A stretch of 64,000 nt of DNA, from the NCBI GenBank assembly GCA_965248105.1, contig CBDFIK010000005.1:120232-184231 (forward strand). The letters run 5' to 3'. Both the position numbers and the translations under genes were made by a program. The notes under the pieces are model-generated. The model did no database searches. It was not told the DNA's origin and saw nothing but the letters and a program-made list of their open reading frames with translations. Shown piece after piece: positions 37,941-47,393 of the stretch; positions within the stretch are counted from its first letter, which is position 1, and every line of letters begins with the position of its first letter. The DNA is from Bryobacterales bacterium. Its GTDB lineage: Bacteria; Acidobacteriota; Terriglobia; Bryobacterales; UBA6623.

Positions 37941-38021
37941 AGTCCGTTTCATAAAGTTCGGTCACGTATATTTAGAAGCCCGGTGGACGATCGGGAACTT
38001 CGGGCACAGCATGCTGTGCCC
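37941..38021 (+). repeat. F2 repeat element
   Basis: AGTCCGTTTCATAAAGTTCGGTCACGTATATTTAGAAGCCCGGTGGACGATCGGGAACTTCGGGCACAGCATGCTGTGCCC. Confidence 0.8.
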
Positions 38022-39255
38022 GCCTGCACTCGCCCGCCTAGATCCGCCCTACAGGCTTCTTTTGCCCTCGGGAAATGGGTTCGTTCGGTCATTTTTTTTC
38101 ATTCGATCCTGCACTGCTCTCGGGGCTCGACGGAAGCCCATCCGACGCTGATGGCCACCGGAAGTAGGCCCGACCACGCGGTCAACTCTACCGGAGGCTG
38201 ACCGGAGGTCGGCCCAGCGGGCCGGGAGGCCTGCGCCACATCGAGAGCCTGCATCGGCATCCGCAGCCGAAGTGTCTGAAAAGCGCTTTTCGTCAGCCGA
38301 TCGGTACGTGTTTTGGGGGCTAGCGGGTGCTTTTCGCAGGACTAGTCGTAGGGGGCAGAGGGGTGTAGGGCGGTCCTGCCAGTTCTTCTAGCAATCCAAG
38401 TGATTGGATTTGCAAGACATAGCGACCTTTTGAGCGGAGGCCCGAACGCCCCATGGCAGTAAATGGCAGAAATAGAAGAATTTTTTCCTCTGGGATCTCC
38501 GCTTTTTGCCTCCGGTTCTATCATAAGTCGCGGTTGGAGGGTCCGGAGCCAGCCCCAGGACTAAGTGATTGAAACCAGGAGGACGAAAAACTTGAAAATC
38601 GCGTGACCGCCTGGAAGGTGCAAGGGATAACAGGCGAAAAACGAGGCAGGAAGCGCCGTTTTTCCGCGGATAAAACCGCCAAAGGCCACAAGTTTCGAAG
38701 GTTCAGCGAGCTGCGGTGCGGAATAGGAGCTGTCTCACGAACACCGATAGAAGCGCAATAGCAGGATAGGCGGATTGCGGACCTTAACCGTACTCCGCAA
38801 ACTCCACGTGGTTGGTGGGGCCGATAGGTAAACGCTACGCCGTTAGGCAGGATTTGGCCCCTTCAAGCGGACCGAGTGGCGTCCGACAATCCCAAATCGC
38901 GGAAGTAACTTGGACGGGGCGGGACCGCATCTACACCCTTTCTTGACACAACCCCTGGAGGCAGGAGGTCGCCTAGATCCAATCCATGGAAATACGCCGC
39001 GATGCGGTGTACGGACTCGTGCATCTGGCCGAAGGCGGCCACAGTGCGCTGCCTGCTGGCGCTGCGGCGGTCGAGCTGCTACGATGAACTTACTACTTCG
39101 TTGGCCGCCGTCTCGCGGCCCGCGGCGCACAACAGGACTCCTTCCAGGATCGCGCCGTTTCTATTCGTCTCTGCCTGTCACTGTTGTATAGGTTCGAATG
39201 ATCGCGGTGCACGCGTATGTGTTTCGTGCATCCGCAGGAGGAATTCCTTCTTTTT

Positions 39256-40599
39256 ATGTCACCGAAAAATTTTAGCCCCGCCGCCGGGTTCCCCCAATTT
39301 TCTCTGGCGCCCCTGGTGCAGCGAGGCATTGCCGAGGCCGGTTTTTCCGAGCCGTGGCCAATTCAAACAGGGACTATCCCGGCGGCGCTGGCGGGCTCCG
39401 ATATTCTCGGCCTGGCACAGACCGGAACCGGCAAAACCGCCGCGTTCGCACTGCCGATTATCGAGCGGTTGCTCTCCGAGCGACGACCCGGTCCGCGCGC
39501 TCTCATCCTTGCTCCCACTCGGGAACTTGCCACGCAGATCCACAGCGATTTCGAAAAGCTAGCCAAGTTCACTCGCCTTAAGGCCGTCACGGTCTTTGGA
39601 GGTGTGTCCGAGCGCCAGCAAGTCCGCGCCCTGCGTAATCAACCGGATATCGTCATTGCCTGCCCCGGCCGGCTGCTCGACCTACTGCGGCAGGGTAAGG
39701 CGATGTTGGGGCAGATCAAGATCCTCGTTCTCGATGAAGCCGACCAGATGTTCGACATGGGCTTCCTCCCCGACATCCGGAGCATCCTATCAACGCTGCC
39801 GGACAGGCGCCAGAACCTTTTGTTCGCAGCCACTATGCCGGACGAAATCCGCGTATTGGTCAATCAGCTCTTAGAGCGACCCCATGTCGTCGAACTGGCG
39901 CACTCGACGCCGGCTTCCACGATCGAACACGCCCTTTATCTCATCGCGGCGGATCAGAAGATCGACTTGCTCAAGCACTTGCTGGCTAACGACGGGTTCA
40001 CTTCCGCTATTGTCTTTCTGCGAACCAAGCACCGCGCGCGGCGGCTGAGTGTCCAACTCATCAGGATGGGCCATAATGCCGTTGCACTGCAGGGAAACAT
40101 GTCTCAGGGGCAGCGGGACCGCGCCATGGGCGGTTTTCGAGAAGGACGCTTCAACATTCTCGTGGCGACCGATCTTGCGTCCCGGGGCATTGATGTCCCC
40201 GGGGTCTCGCACGTCATTAATTTCGACGTTCCGAACACGCCCGAAGCCTACACACACCGCATCGGGCGCACTGGCCGTGCCGAACGGAGCGGCCGGGCCT
40301 ACACGTTCGTCTCGAGGGAGGACGCCGGAGCTGTGCGAGCCATCGAGCGCAGTCTGGGCTCGGCCATCACTCGACGCCGGATGCCCGGATTCGACACGGT
40401 AACCGTTCTTCCCACGGAACCGCGCCGGCGCCCTTCCCGCAGACGGCGTTCGGCCGGCGGTAGTGTGAAGGGTTCTGGAAAAGGAGAAAGGCATCCCAGC
40501 CCGCGCGGTACCCGGAGACCCAAGGGTCCGGAGTCAACAGGGACGGATCCCGGTGGCCGGGGCGGGTCACCGCACGGCAGGTCGCGACGATCTTCCTAA
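39256..40599 (+). CDS. DEAD-box ATP-dependent RNA helicase
   Basis: Q motif, AQTGTGKT, VLDEADQM (DEAD), HRIGRTGRA, and an Arg/Gly-rich C-terminal tail. The ATG at 39256 is preferred over 39217. Confidence 0.9.
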   Translation: MSPKNFSPAAGFPQFSLAPLVQRGIAEAGFSEPWPIQTGTIPAALAGSDILGLAQTGTGKTAAFALPIIERLLSERRPGPRALILAPTRELATQIHSDFEKLAKFTRLKAVTVFGGVSERQQVRALRNQPDIVIACPGRLLDLLRQGKAMLGQIKILVLDEADQMFDMGFLPDIRSILSTLPDRRQNLLFAATMPDEIRVLVNQLLERPHVVELAHSTPASTIEHALYLIAADQKIDLLKHLLANDGFTSAIVFLRTKHRARRLSVQLIRMGHNAVALQGNMSQGQRDRAMGGFREGRFNILVATDLASRGIDVPGVSHVINFDVPNTPEAYTHRIGRTGRAERSGRAYTFVSREDAGAVRAIERSLGSAITRRRMPGFDTVTVLPTEPRRRPSRRRRSAGGSVKGSGKGERHPSPRGTRRPKGPESTGTDPGGRGGSPHGRSRRSS

Positions 40600-40933
40600 A
40601 CGCTTTCCGGGGTACGGGGGGTGCCCAGCGGGCCGGGCCCAAAATCACGTACTTGGAGGAGCTGAATCCTCCCTTGTCGGCTAGGATTTACCTATCCTGC
40701 TTGCAAGTCCCGTAGGACCCCGCTAGCCCGTCGGGAGCCGAGCGCCACAACGGAGGCGAGCATTCTCACACTTACTGGAGGGTGTGCAGCACTGGAGGTG
40801 TGGTTTTGTTTCCGTTAGTTTCGGCCGGGGGTGAGAAATGCGGGGCAAGTGTCGATACCGTTCGCCTAAATAGCGGCTACGGGTGCTCGAATTGCACCCT
40901 GGGATTGCGAGCTCGACGCAAGGGTTGTAGGGA

Positions 40934-41740
40934 GGCATTGTCACGTTAATCGTGTTGGGCCGCAAAGGCCCGCATGGATTCCCTTTCAGGCGGCCGCACT
41001 CGCAGTTTCCCATACATTGAATGCGTCTTTCCGAAATCGTTTGAACGTGAGTCTATTGCATAAATGACGTTGGAGGTAAAAGGTATTGTAAACGGCGGCT
41101 TGGATGTTCAGGAAGCGTTGGGCCGAACCCGGTGATTTGAAACGCTGCTGTTTTCGTTCTCGACGCCGGACGGGCTGATGCGAATTCTCGGCACGATTAT
41201 TCGCACGCTTATTGTCGATGTGTTGAGCCGTTAGGCCGAGGATTCGAATGGCGACGTGATAGGACCTGAGTTTATCGGTTGTGATCCGGGTGGGTGTCCA
41301 GCCTTGTTTCTTCAGCAGTTTGCGCATCAACTTCAAGGCTGCTTTGGCGTTCCGCTTCGATTGCACGAGGAAATCCAAGACCTCGCCTCCATTGTCGATC
41401 GCGCGCCATAACCAATAACGCTGCCCACGAATCACGATGACCATCTCATCAAGATGCCAATAGCCGTTGGGAATGGGTCGCATGTGGCGCAGGTTTTGGG
41501 CAATCGGCGTACCAAACTTGAGGAACCAGCGCCGTACGCTCTCGTAGGAAATATCCAGGCCTCGCTCCGCAAGAAGATCCTCCACATCCCGATAGCTCAG
41601 AGTGAACCTGGCATAGAGCCAAACGGCGCGTCGAATGATTTCCGGTGGAAAGCGGTGACGTTTGAAGGAGATGGTGTCCATCCCCAAAGGCTACACCGAA
41701 ATCACCAGATCGAGATTAGAGCACTTAACGTGACAATGCC
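40934..41740 (-). mobile_element. IS6-family insertion sequence, copy 1 (807 bp)
   Basis: Terminal inverted repeats GGCATTGTCACGTTAA at both ends and a single 233-aa transposase gene. Near-identical to 47394-48200. Confidence 0.9.
40986..41687 (-). CDS. IS6-family DDE transposase
   Basis: FKRHRFPPEIIRRAVWLYARFTLSYRDVEDLLAERGLDISYESVRRWFLKFG... is the typical IS6/IS26-family N-terminus. The size also fits. Confidence 0.9.
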   Translation of the reverse strand: MGMDTISFKRHRFPPEIIRRAVWLYARFTLSYRDVEDLLAERGLDISYESVRRWFLKFGTPIAQNLRHMRPIPNGYWHLDEMVIVIRGQRYWLWRAIDNGGEVLDFLVQSKRNAKAALKLMRKLLKKQGWTPTRITTDKLRSYHVAIRILGLTAQHIDNKRANNRAENSHQPVRRRERKQQRFKSPGSAQRFLNIQAAVYNTFYLQRHLCNRLTFKRFRKDAFNVWETASAAA

Positions 41741-41766
41741 GCCAGCTGACGGTCGAAGCACGTGAC

Positions 41767-41792
41767 GTACGGGCACGACATGTCGCGCCCGC
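41767..41792. repeat. REP-like palindrome (A/B hybrid)
   Basis: GTACGGGCACGACATGTCGCGCCCGC, 27 bp from the inner end of IS6 copy 1. Confidence 0.75.
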
Positions 41793-42064
41793 GCCGAGAC
41801 GAGTGTCGACGCGGCAGACGTAGGCGTCTGCGCCACAACATCAGACACCGAAGTCCAACGTTGCAGCTCTGCGCGTAAGGCAACAACCACCCTTGTGGCG
41901 CAGGTCCCCAGACCTGCCGTGTCGGTACTCCTACCGACACCGCCCGCTGGGCGCGGCAAACTATATTGGGACTTTTGGGGCTGCAGGACGCGTCAGGGAA
42001 AGCGGAACAGGAAGCGCCTTTCGCTGACCGAAACGTGTCGGCTGACGACTGGCGGGAGCCGGTC

Positions 42065-42553
42065 CTACATCTTGTACTGCCCGAGGTCTTCGTCGGAGAG
42101 GTTTTCGAGCCAACGCCGTAGCTCTTCGCTATTGGTTTTATCGCTGAAGACGCCACTGACTTTCGACGACTTCAGTACGTCTTCCTCGACGTAGATGGGG
42201 CAATCGAGACGCAAGGCGACGGCCAGGGCGTCGCTAGGGCGGGAGTCGATCGCGATCAAGTCGCCGTTATGTTCCACCCAGATTACGGCGTAGAACGTGT
42301 CGTCCTGTAGGTCGCTGACGACGACCTTGCGAACCCCGGTCGTGAGTCCTAGAAACACGTTCTTGATCAAATCGTGTGTCATCGGTCGGGGGGTGGCGAC
42401 CTTTTCGATCTCCAAGGCGATGGCGTTGGCCTCATAGACACCGACCCAGATGGGCAGCACGGACTTGCCATCCAAGTCTTTGAGGATGACGATCGGCATG
42501 TTGGTCACCGGGTCCATCATCAGACCCCTAATCTTCATTTCAACTTCCATCAC
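42065..42553 (-). CDS. bifunctional nuclease (BFN/DUF151) family protein
   Basis: ..PIVILKDLDGKSVLPIWVGVYEANAIALEIE...RPMTHDL...DSRPSDALAVALR is the family pattern. Confidence 0.85.
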   Translation of the reverse strand: MMEVEMKIRGLMMDPVTNMPIVILKDLDGKSVLPIWVGVYEANAIALEIEKVATPRPMTHDLIKNVFLGLTTGVRKVVVSDLQDDTFYAVIWVEHNGDLIAIDSRPSDALAVALRLDCPIYVEEDVLKSSKVSGVFSDKTNSEELRRWLENLSDEDLGQYKM

Positions 42554-42573
42554 CTACCCCCTCTGGTTTCTCA

Positions 42574-44253
42574 CTACTGAAGGATCCTAAAGCCATGAAA
42601 AGTCGAAGTGGCCGGTTTAGCGACAAGTTCTCCGACCAAGGAGTTGGGACCGGAGCCGGTAACACGAACCCGGCAATAGCCGCCCCGAAGGTCCTCTCCC
42701 AAGCTGAGGCCGCTGGGATCGGCGAAGTTGAGGACTCGATTCCGCGTCGTGCGGCCGATCCACTGTTGAAACTTCTCACGACGGCCCTCGACAAGCACTT
42801 CTTCTTCCCTGCCAATGAGATCGGCGTTGCGCCGGATTTGGATATGACGTTGTTTCTCCTGCAGAACCGACAGCCGCTGGGACTTTACGTCCTCCGGCAC
42901 CTGTTCGTTATAGGAAATCGCCGCTGTGCTGGCACGCGGTGAGTACTTAAACGAGAAAACGGAGTCGTAGTGGACCTCGTCGAGTAGCGACAGCGTCTGC
43001 TCGAAGTCGTCTTCCGTCTCGCCCGGGAATCCCACGATGATGTCGGTGCTGAGGGAGATATCGCGACGAGATACGCGGACGCTTTCGATCCTTCTTAAGT
43101 ACTCCTCGCGGGTGTAGTCTCTCCGCATGCGCGCCAGTATGCGAGTGGAGCCGGACTGCACTGGCAAATGAACATGGTCGCACAGCGCAGGATTCTCGTC
43201 GATCGCCTCGACAATGTCAGGAGTGAAGTCGCGAGGGTGGGAGGTCGTAAAGCGAACCCGCCTGACGCCGGGAATGCGGCCGACCGCCGCCAACATCTGG
43301 GCGAAGTTCCAGCTCTGGTGGGAAGGGTCGCGATAGCTGTTAACGTTTTGCCCCAGTAGCTGAATCTCACTGTACCCACTCGCCGCTAGCCGCCGGGCCT
43401 CATCCAGGACGCTCGAGCTGGTGCGGCTCCGTTCGGGTCCGCGGGTGAACGGTACCACGCAGTAGGCGCAGCTCTTGTCGCAGCCCTCGATGATCGTGAT
43501 GAATGCCTTGTAGGGATTGTCGCGCCGGGTGAGCGGCGTCTCGAAGGTTTCGTCGGTATCGAGGGCCAGCCCGGTGACGCGGGCTTCGCCGGCTTCTACG
43601 CGTTGGAGCAACTGGGCAAGCTGGTTGTAGCTCGCGGAGCCGCAGACGAGATGAACATGAGGCGCCTGGTCGAAAACCCGTTCGCCTAGATGCTGCGCGA
43701 CACAACCGAGAACCCCGAAGATCTTGCCCTCGGACTTGGTCTTTTTGAAGTTAGCAAGCCGCGAAAAGACCTTCTGCTCGGCCTTATCGCGGATGCTGCA
43801 GGTGTTGTAAAGCACGAGCTGGGCATCTTCGGGTCGCTCGACCTGGTGATAGTCCTGAGCGATGAGCGTGCCGCGGACCTTTTCGCTGTCGTGGACGTTC
43901 ATCTGACAGCCAAACGTCTCGATGTAGAAGGTTTTCCCCACGACTCGGCCCAACTCGTTCTCAGTATAGCAATCGGGAATCAGGCGCCCGCCGCTCGCGT
44001 CTTGCCGTGAAAAATTAGTCGACACCCCGAGGGCGTCGTTGCCTGGCAGCCGAGCATTCTTGCCCATCAACATCATCTCGACGCTGGCCTGTCGGCTCAA
44101 CGGTGCGGATCTTGCACCCCCGAGGCGAGTATCGACCAGCCGTTTTTTCGATGCCCTCATTCGAAACCCCGGCATTCCTGGTCGATAAGAATCACAGCCA
44201 AGGAGTGCGCTTTTGAAACCCCGCGAGGAGCGCCGCCAGAGCGCTCGGCACAT
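42574..44253 (-). CDS. miaB: tRNA-2-methylthio-N6-dimethylallyladenosine synthase MiaB
   Basis: UPF0004 domain FYIETFGCQMN, radical-SAM motif CDKSCAYCVVP and a C-terminal TRAM domain. The real start is probably internal (Met32 at 44160 or Met63 at 44067). Confidence 0.9.
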   Translation of the reverse strand: MCRALWRRSSRGFKSALLGCDSYRPGMPGFRMRASKKRLVDTRLGGARSAPLSRQASVEMMLMGKNARLPGNDALGVSTNFSRQDASGGRLIPDCYTENELGRVVGKTFYIETFGCQMNVHDSEKVRGTLIAQDYHQVERPEDAQLVLYNTCSIRDKAEQKVFSRLANFKKTKSEGKIFGVLGCVAQHLGERVFDQAPHVHLVCGSASYNQLAQLLQRVEAGEARVTGLALDTDETFETPLTRRDNPYKAFITIIEGCDKSCAYCVVPFTRGPERSRTSSSVLDEARRLAASGYSEIQLLGQNVNSYRDPSHQSWNFAQMLAAVGRIPGVRRVRFTTSHPRDFTPDIVEAIDENPALCDHVHLPVQSGSTRILARMRRDYTREEYLRRIESVRVSRRDISLSTDIIVGFPGETEDDFEQTLSLLDEVHYDSVFSFKYSPRASTAAISYNEQVPEDVKSQRLSVLQEKQRHIQIRRNADLIGREEEVLVEGRREKFQQWIGRTTRNRVLNFADPSGLSLGEDLRGGYCRVRVTGSGPNSLVGELVAKPATSTFHGFRILQ

Positions 44254-44320
44254 GTGTTCGGAGTTTGTTCAGGTCTCGTTTTGAGACGAGCGGGGCCGGG
44301 AGATTTCGGAAATCGGCGTC

Positions 44321-44551
44321 TTGGAAGACGTTAGCCTGAGAGGAGTCTCCATCAGCTTGAACATCCCCATTCCAGTAGGAACCAGCGCCCGGATTCACGC
44401 CCGGGACTTCGACGGCCAAGTGGAAGTGCGCTACTCGGAGCCAGGCGACTACGGGTATTTGGTCGGGGTCGAGTTTGCCGATGGCTACCGCTGGGACGAG
44501 GGGAAATGGGCGCCCGAGCATCTGCTGGCTGTTCCCGATGGCGAGTGGTAG
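44321..44551 (+). CDS. small PilZ-like/hypothetical protein
   Basis: 76-aa ORF with a TTG start. EDVSLRGVSISL resembles the D.S..G half of a PilZ motif, but no RxxxR is present. Confidence 0.3.
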   Translation: MEDVSLRGVSISLNIPIPVGTSARIHARDFDGQVEVRYSEPGDYGYLVGVEFADGYRWDEGKWAPEHLLAVPDGEW

Positions 44552-44580
44552 TTGCCTTCGAAACGTCAACCGTCCTTCGT

Positions 44581-44711
44581 ACTCCGTTTCATAAGTTCGG
44601 TCACACACATCAGAAGCCAAGGGGATGATAGGGAACTTCGCCGACTGCATGCCGATCCCCTAAATTGTCGGGTGCCCCGGTAAATCCGTAGGGGCACAGC
44701 ATGCTGTGCCC
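44581..44711 (+). repeat. F2 repeat element (extended, with one degenerate and one intact REP)
   Basis: ACTCCGTTTCATAAGTTCGGTCACACACATCAGAAGCC...GGGAACTTCGCCGACTGCATGCCGATCCCC...GTAGGGGCACAGCATGCTGTGCCC. Confidence 0.75.
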
Positions 44712-44831
44712 ACCTTCATTCGCCGAAAGTGTGCTTATTTCCGTTAGATCCGGCTTCGACCCGAGCGTTGGTTTCCACCTTCGATCCTGTCACTATAGGA
44801 TTGATAGGTCCCGCCGTCGAACGAACATTCC

Positions 44832-45818
44832 ATGAAGCCACGCATCTTTTCGGGCATGCAGCCCTCCGGCAATCTTCATATTGGAAACTACTTAGGTGCT
44901 CTGAAGACGTGGGCGGACATTCAGCATCAGTACGAGCCGATATTCTGCATCGTCGACCAGCACGCCATTACCCTCTACCAGGAGCCCCGGCAGCTTCAGC
45001 AGAAGATCGAAGAGGTGGCGGCGCTTTACGTGGCCGCGGGCATTGATCCTGCCCACTCGGCAATTTTCGTCCAGTCGGCGGTTCCGGCGCATGTGGAGTT
45101 GGCGTGGGTGTTTACTTGCGTTACCCCCATGGGCTGGCTGAGCCGTATGACGCAGTTCAAGGCGAAGGCCGAGACCCAGGAATCGGTGGGAACGGGACTA
45201 TTTGTTTATCCGGCGCTGATGGCGGCGGACATCCTTCTCTACCAAGCCTCGATCGTCCCGGTGGGCGAAGATCAGGCCCAGCATTTGGAGTTGACCCGCG
45301 ACATCGCCCAACGCTTCAATTCGCTCTACGGGGAGACCTTCGTGGTTCCCGAGACCCAACTGCCGGCCGTGGGCGCTCGCATCATGGGCTTGGATAACCC
45401 GGCGGAAAAAATGAGCAAGTCTACGCCGGGAACCAGCCATGCCGTCGATGTGCTCGATCCGCCGTCGCGCATCAAGAAACTTATCATGCGAGCGGTGACT
45501 GACTCCAAACCGGCTGTCGATTTCGACGAGATCGGGCCGGGAGTCGCAAACCTACTGACCATCTTTCAAGCTTTCAGTGGCTGGAGCGACGATCAGTTGC
45601 GATCCCACTTTGACGGTAAGCAGTACGGCGGTCTGAAGAAGGACGTCGCGGAAATGGTGGTGGCGAAACTGGAGCCGATCCAGAAGAAGTATCAAGAACT
45701 GATGGCTGAGCCGGGTGCTATTCGGAAAATCCTCACCGCCGGCGCCGAACGCGTCTCACCCATCGCCGAGTCGACGATGAAGTTGGTGCGGGAGCGCACC
45801 GGATTGTACCGCCTGTAG
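44832..45818 (+). CDS. trpS: tryptophan--tRNA ligase
   Basis: 328 aa with the class I motifs GNLHIGNYLG (HIGH) and KMSKS. Confidence 0.95.
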   Translation: MKPRIFSGMQPSGNLHIGNYLGALKTWADIQHQYEPIFCIVDQHAITLYQEPRQLQQKIEEVAALYVAAGIDPAHSAIFVQSAVPAHVELAWVFTCVTPMGWLSRMTQFKAKAETQESVGTGLFVYPALMAADILLYQASIVPVGEDQAQHLELTRDIAQRFNSLYGETFVVPETQLPAVGARIMGLDNPAEKMSKSTPGTSHAVDVLDPPSRIKKLIMRAVTDSKPAVDFDEIGPGVANLLTIFQAFSGWSDDQLRSHFDGKQYGGLKKDVAEMVVAKLEPIQKKYQELMAEPGAIRKILTAGAERVSPIAESTMKLVRERTGLYRL

Positions 45819-45844
45819 TTGCGTGGTCGTTTTCCCGAAATACC

Positions 45845-47146
45845 GTGTCGAGTTCTCGTGTCCGTCCCGCGCATAGCTTGTCTCTAGCCGGATACTACCG
45901 GCTCCTTCGCGACAATCTGAATTTTCGCCGGCTTTGGCTCGCCCAGCTCATCAGCGGCCTAGGCGACTGGTTCTATTCGGTCGCCATCTATGGGCTGCTG
46001 CTTGAGTTGACGGGATCGGCCGAAGCGGTAGCCTGGGCGGTCGTGCTGCAGATTCTGCCGTTCTTCCTCGCCAGCCCCACCGCCGGCGCGGTGAATGACC
46101 GGGTCAGTCGGCGGCGGGTGATGATCGCCACCGACGTGCTGAGATCCCTGGTCGTGCTGGGGATGCTCTTCATCGAACGAGAGGAGCAGATCGGGCTACT
46201 CTATCTGCTGCTGGGGGTCGAAGTCGTGACCGCCGCATTTTTTGAGTCTGCTCGAAGCGCGGCGATCCCGAACGTTGTGGACAGTCACCAGATCGCGACT
46301 GCCAATGCGGTGTCGTCTACGACTTGGTCGGCTACGGTTACGGTCGGAGCGGGCCTGGGTGGGCTGGCGGTTGCCTTTCTGGGCCGGCTGCCGGCGTTTG
46401 TGATCAACTCTGCTTCGTTCCTCCTCTCCGCCTGGTTTATTGCTAGGGCACGATTCGGCGAGCCGCACCTCGAGCTCTACCCCAACCTGAAATGGCGTGA
46501 GATCTTGGGCTTTGGCCCGATCGCGGAGGGCTTTCGGTACGTGGCCCGCGACTGGCGTCTGGTGGCCCTGATGGCCGCCAAGCTCGGGTTGGGCATCTTG
46601 GGTGCGCGGGCGGTTCTGGTTTCCATCCTAGGTCGCCAGGACATGCGGATCGGCGGCCACCCGACCCTTGGAATGACAACGCTGTTCATGTTTCAGGGAC
46701 TAGGGTCGGTTATGGGCCCATTGCTGGCCGGCCCGTTGGTGGGAGAACAGCAGCGGCGAATGCGCTGGTCGGTTCTGGTCGGATACCTGGCGGCGGGGTC
46801 TTTTTACATGGCCTTCAGCGGCGCTCAGAGCTTGGCGTTGGCCTGGATGAGTATGGTCGTGGCCCATGCCGGGGGTGCGATCGTTTGGGTGTTCTCGAAC
46901 ATGCTTCTCTACTCGAACACGGAAGACCGCTTCCGGGGCCGCGTGTTCGCCGCCGATCTTGGTATGTTCACGGTCACCGCTTCGATTGCCAGCTACGTTT
47001 GCGGGAGAGCGATCGACTTAGGCGTAACGGCCCGGGCCGCCACGTTCGCTGTGGGAGCGGCGATGTTACTGCCGGCCCTCGCTTGGGCCGTCAGCATGCG
47101 CAGCTTGTGGGACTCCGGCGACCAGGTTTCCGGACAACGAACCTAA
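45845..47146 (+). CDS. MFS transporter
   Basis: 433 aa with about 12 predicted hydrophobic spans. The N-terminus ..FRRLWLAQLISGLGDWF.. is typical of the enterobactin-exporter-like MFS group. Confidence 0.8.
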   Translation: MSSSRVRPAHSLSLAGYYRLLRDNLNFRRLWLAQLISGLGDWFYSVAIYGLLLELTGSAEAVAWAVVLQILPFFLASPTAGAVNDRVSRRRVMIATDVLRSLVVLGMLFIEREEQIGLLYLLLGVEVVTAAFFESARSAAIPNVVDSHQIATANAVSSTTWSATVTVGAGLGGLAVAFLGRLPAFVINSASFLLSAWFIARARFGEPHLELYPNLKWREILGFGPIAEGFRYVARDWRLVALMAAKLGLGILGARAVLVSILGRQDMRIGGHPTLGMTTLFMFQGLGSVMGPLLAGPLVGEQQRRMRWSVLVGYLAAGSFYMAFSGAQSLALAWMSMVVAHAGGAIVWVFSNMLLYSNTEDRFRGRVFAADLGMFTVTASIASYVCGRAIDLGVTARAATFAVGAAMLLPALAWAVSMRSLWDSGDQVSGQRT

Positions 47147-47173
47147 CACTTGCTCCGACACCGTTCACTTACT

Positions 47174-47266
47174 GAGTCTCGCGAATTGTCGTGACATGAC
47201 CCATGTTCAGATCGTAGGGGCACGGCATGCCGTGCCCGTCTTCCAAGGTCACTGTATTTTGCGAGC
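47174..47266 (-). repeat. MITE-like ~95-bp element, second copy (inverted relative to 36255-36350)
   Basis: GAGTCTCGCGAATTGTCGTGAC...GTAGGGGCACGGCATGCCGTGCCC...GTCACTGTATTTTGCGAGC. Confidence 0.8.
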
Positions 47267-47321
47267 TTTAATAATCTGTGATGGAAAACCAACGAGTCTT
47301 CCCCGCATTGAACCGGTTGTC

Positions 47322-47352
47322 GTGTAGGGGCGCGACATGTCGCGCCCTGGGG
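47322..47352. repeat. REP-like palindrome (type B)
   Basis: GTGTAGGGGCGCGACATGTCGCGCCCTGGGG, 47 bp from the inner end of IS6 copy 2. Confidence 0.8.
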
Positions 47353-47393
47353 ACCACCTGTTGCCACCTTCCGCCACCTTCCGTGTCCCTACA

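Noticed and set aside
44068-44253. A 60-90 residue N-terminal extension of MiaB (559-aa ORF)
   Set aside because: The extension is Arg/Ser-rich and not part of the MiaB family N-terminus, which begins shortly before FYIETFGCQMN. Internal Met codons at 44160 or 44067 are more plausible starts.
44192-44650. A 152-aa minus-strand ORF spanning the miaB upstream region
   Set aside because: It overlaps the F2/REP repeat and the opposite-strand small ORF, has no motifs, and is likely a shadow ORF.
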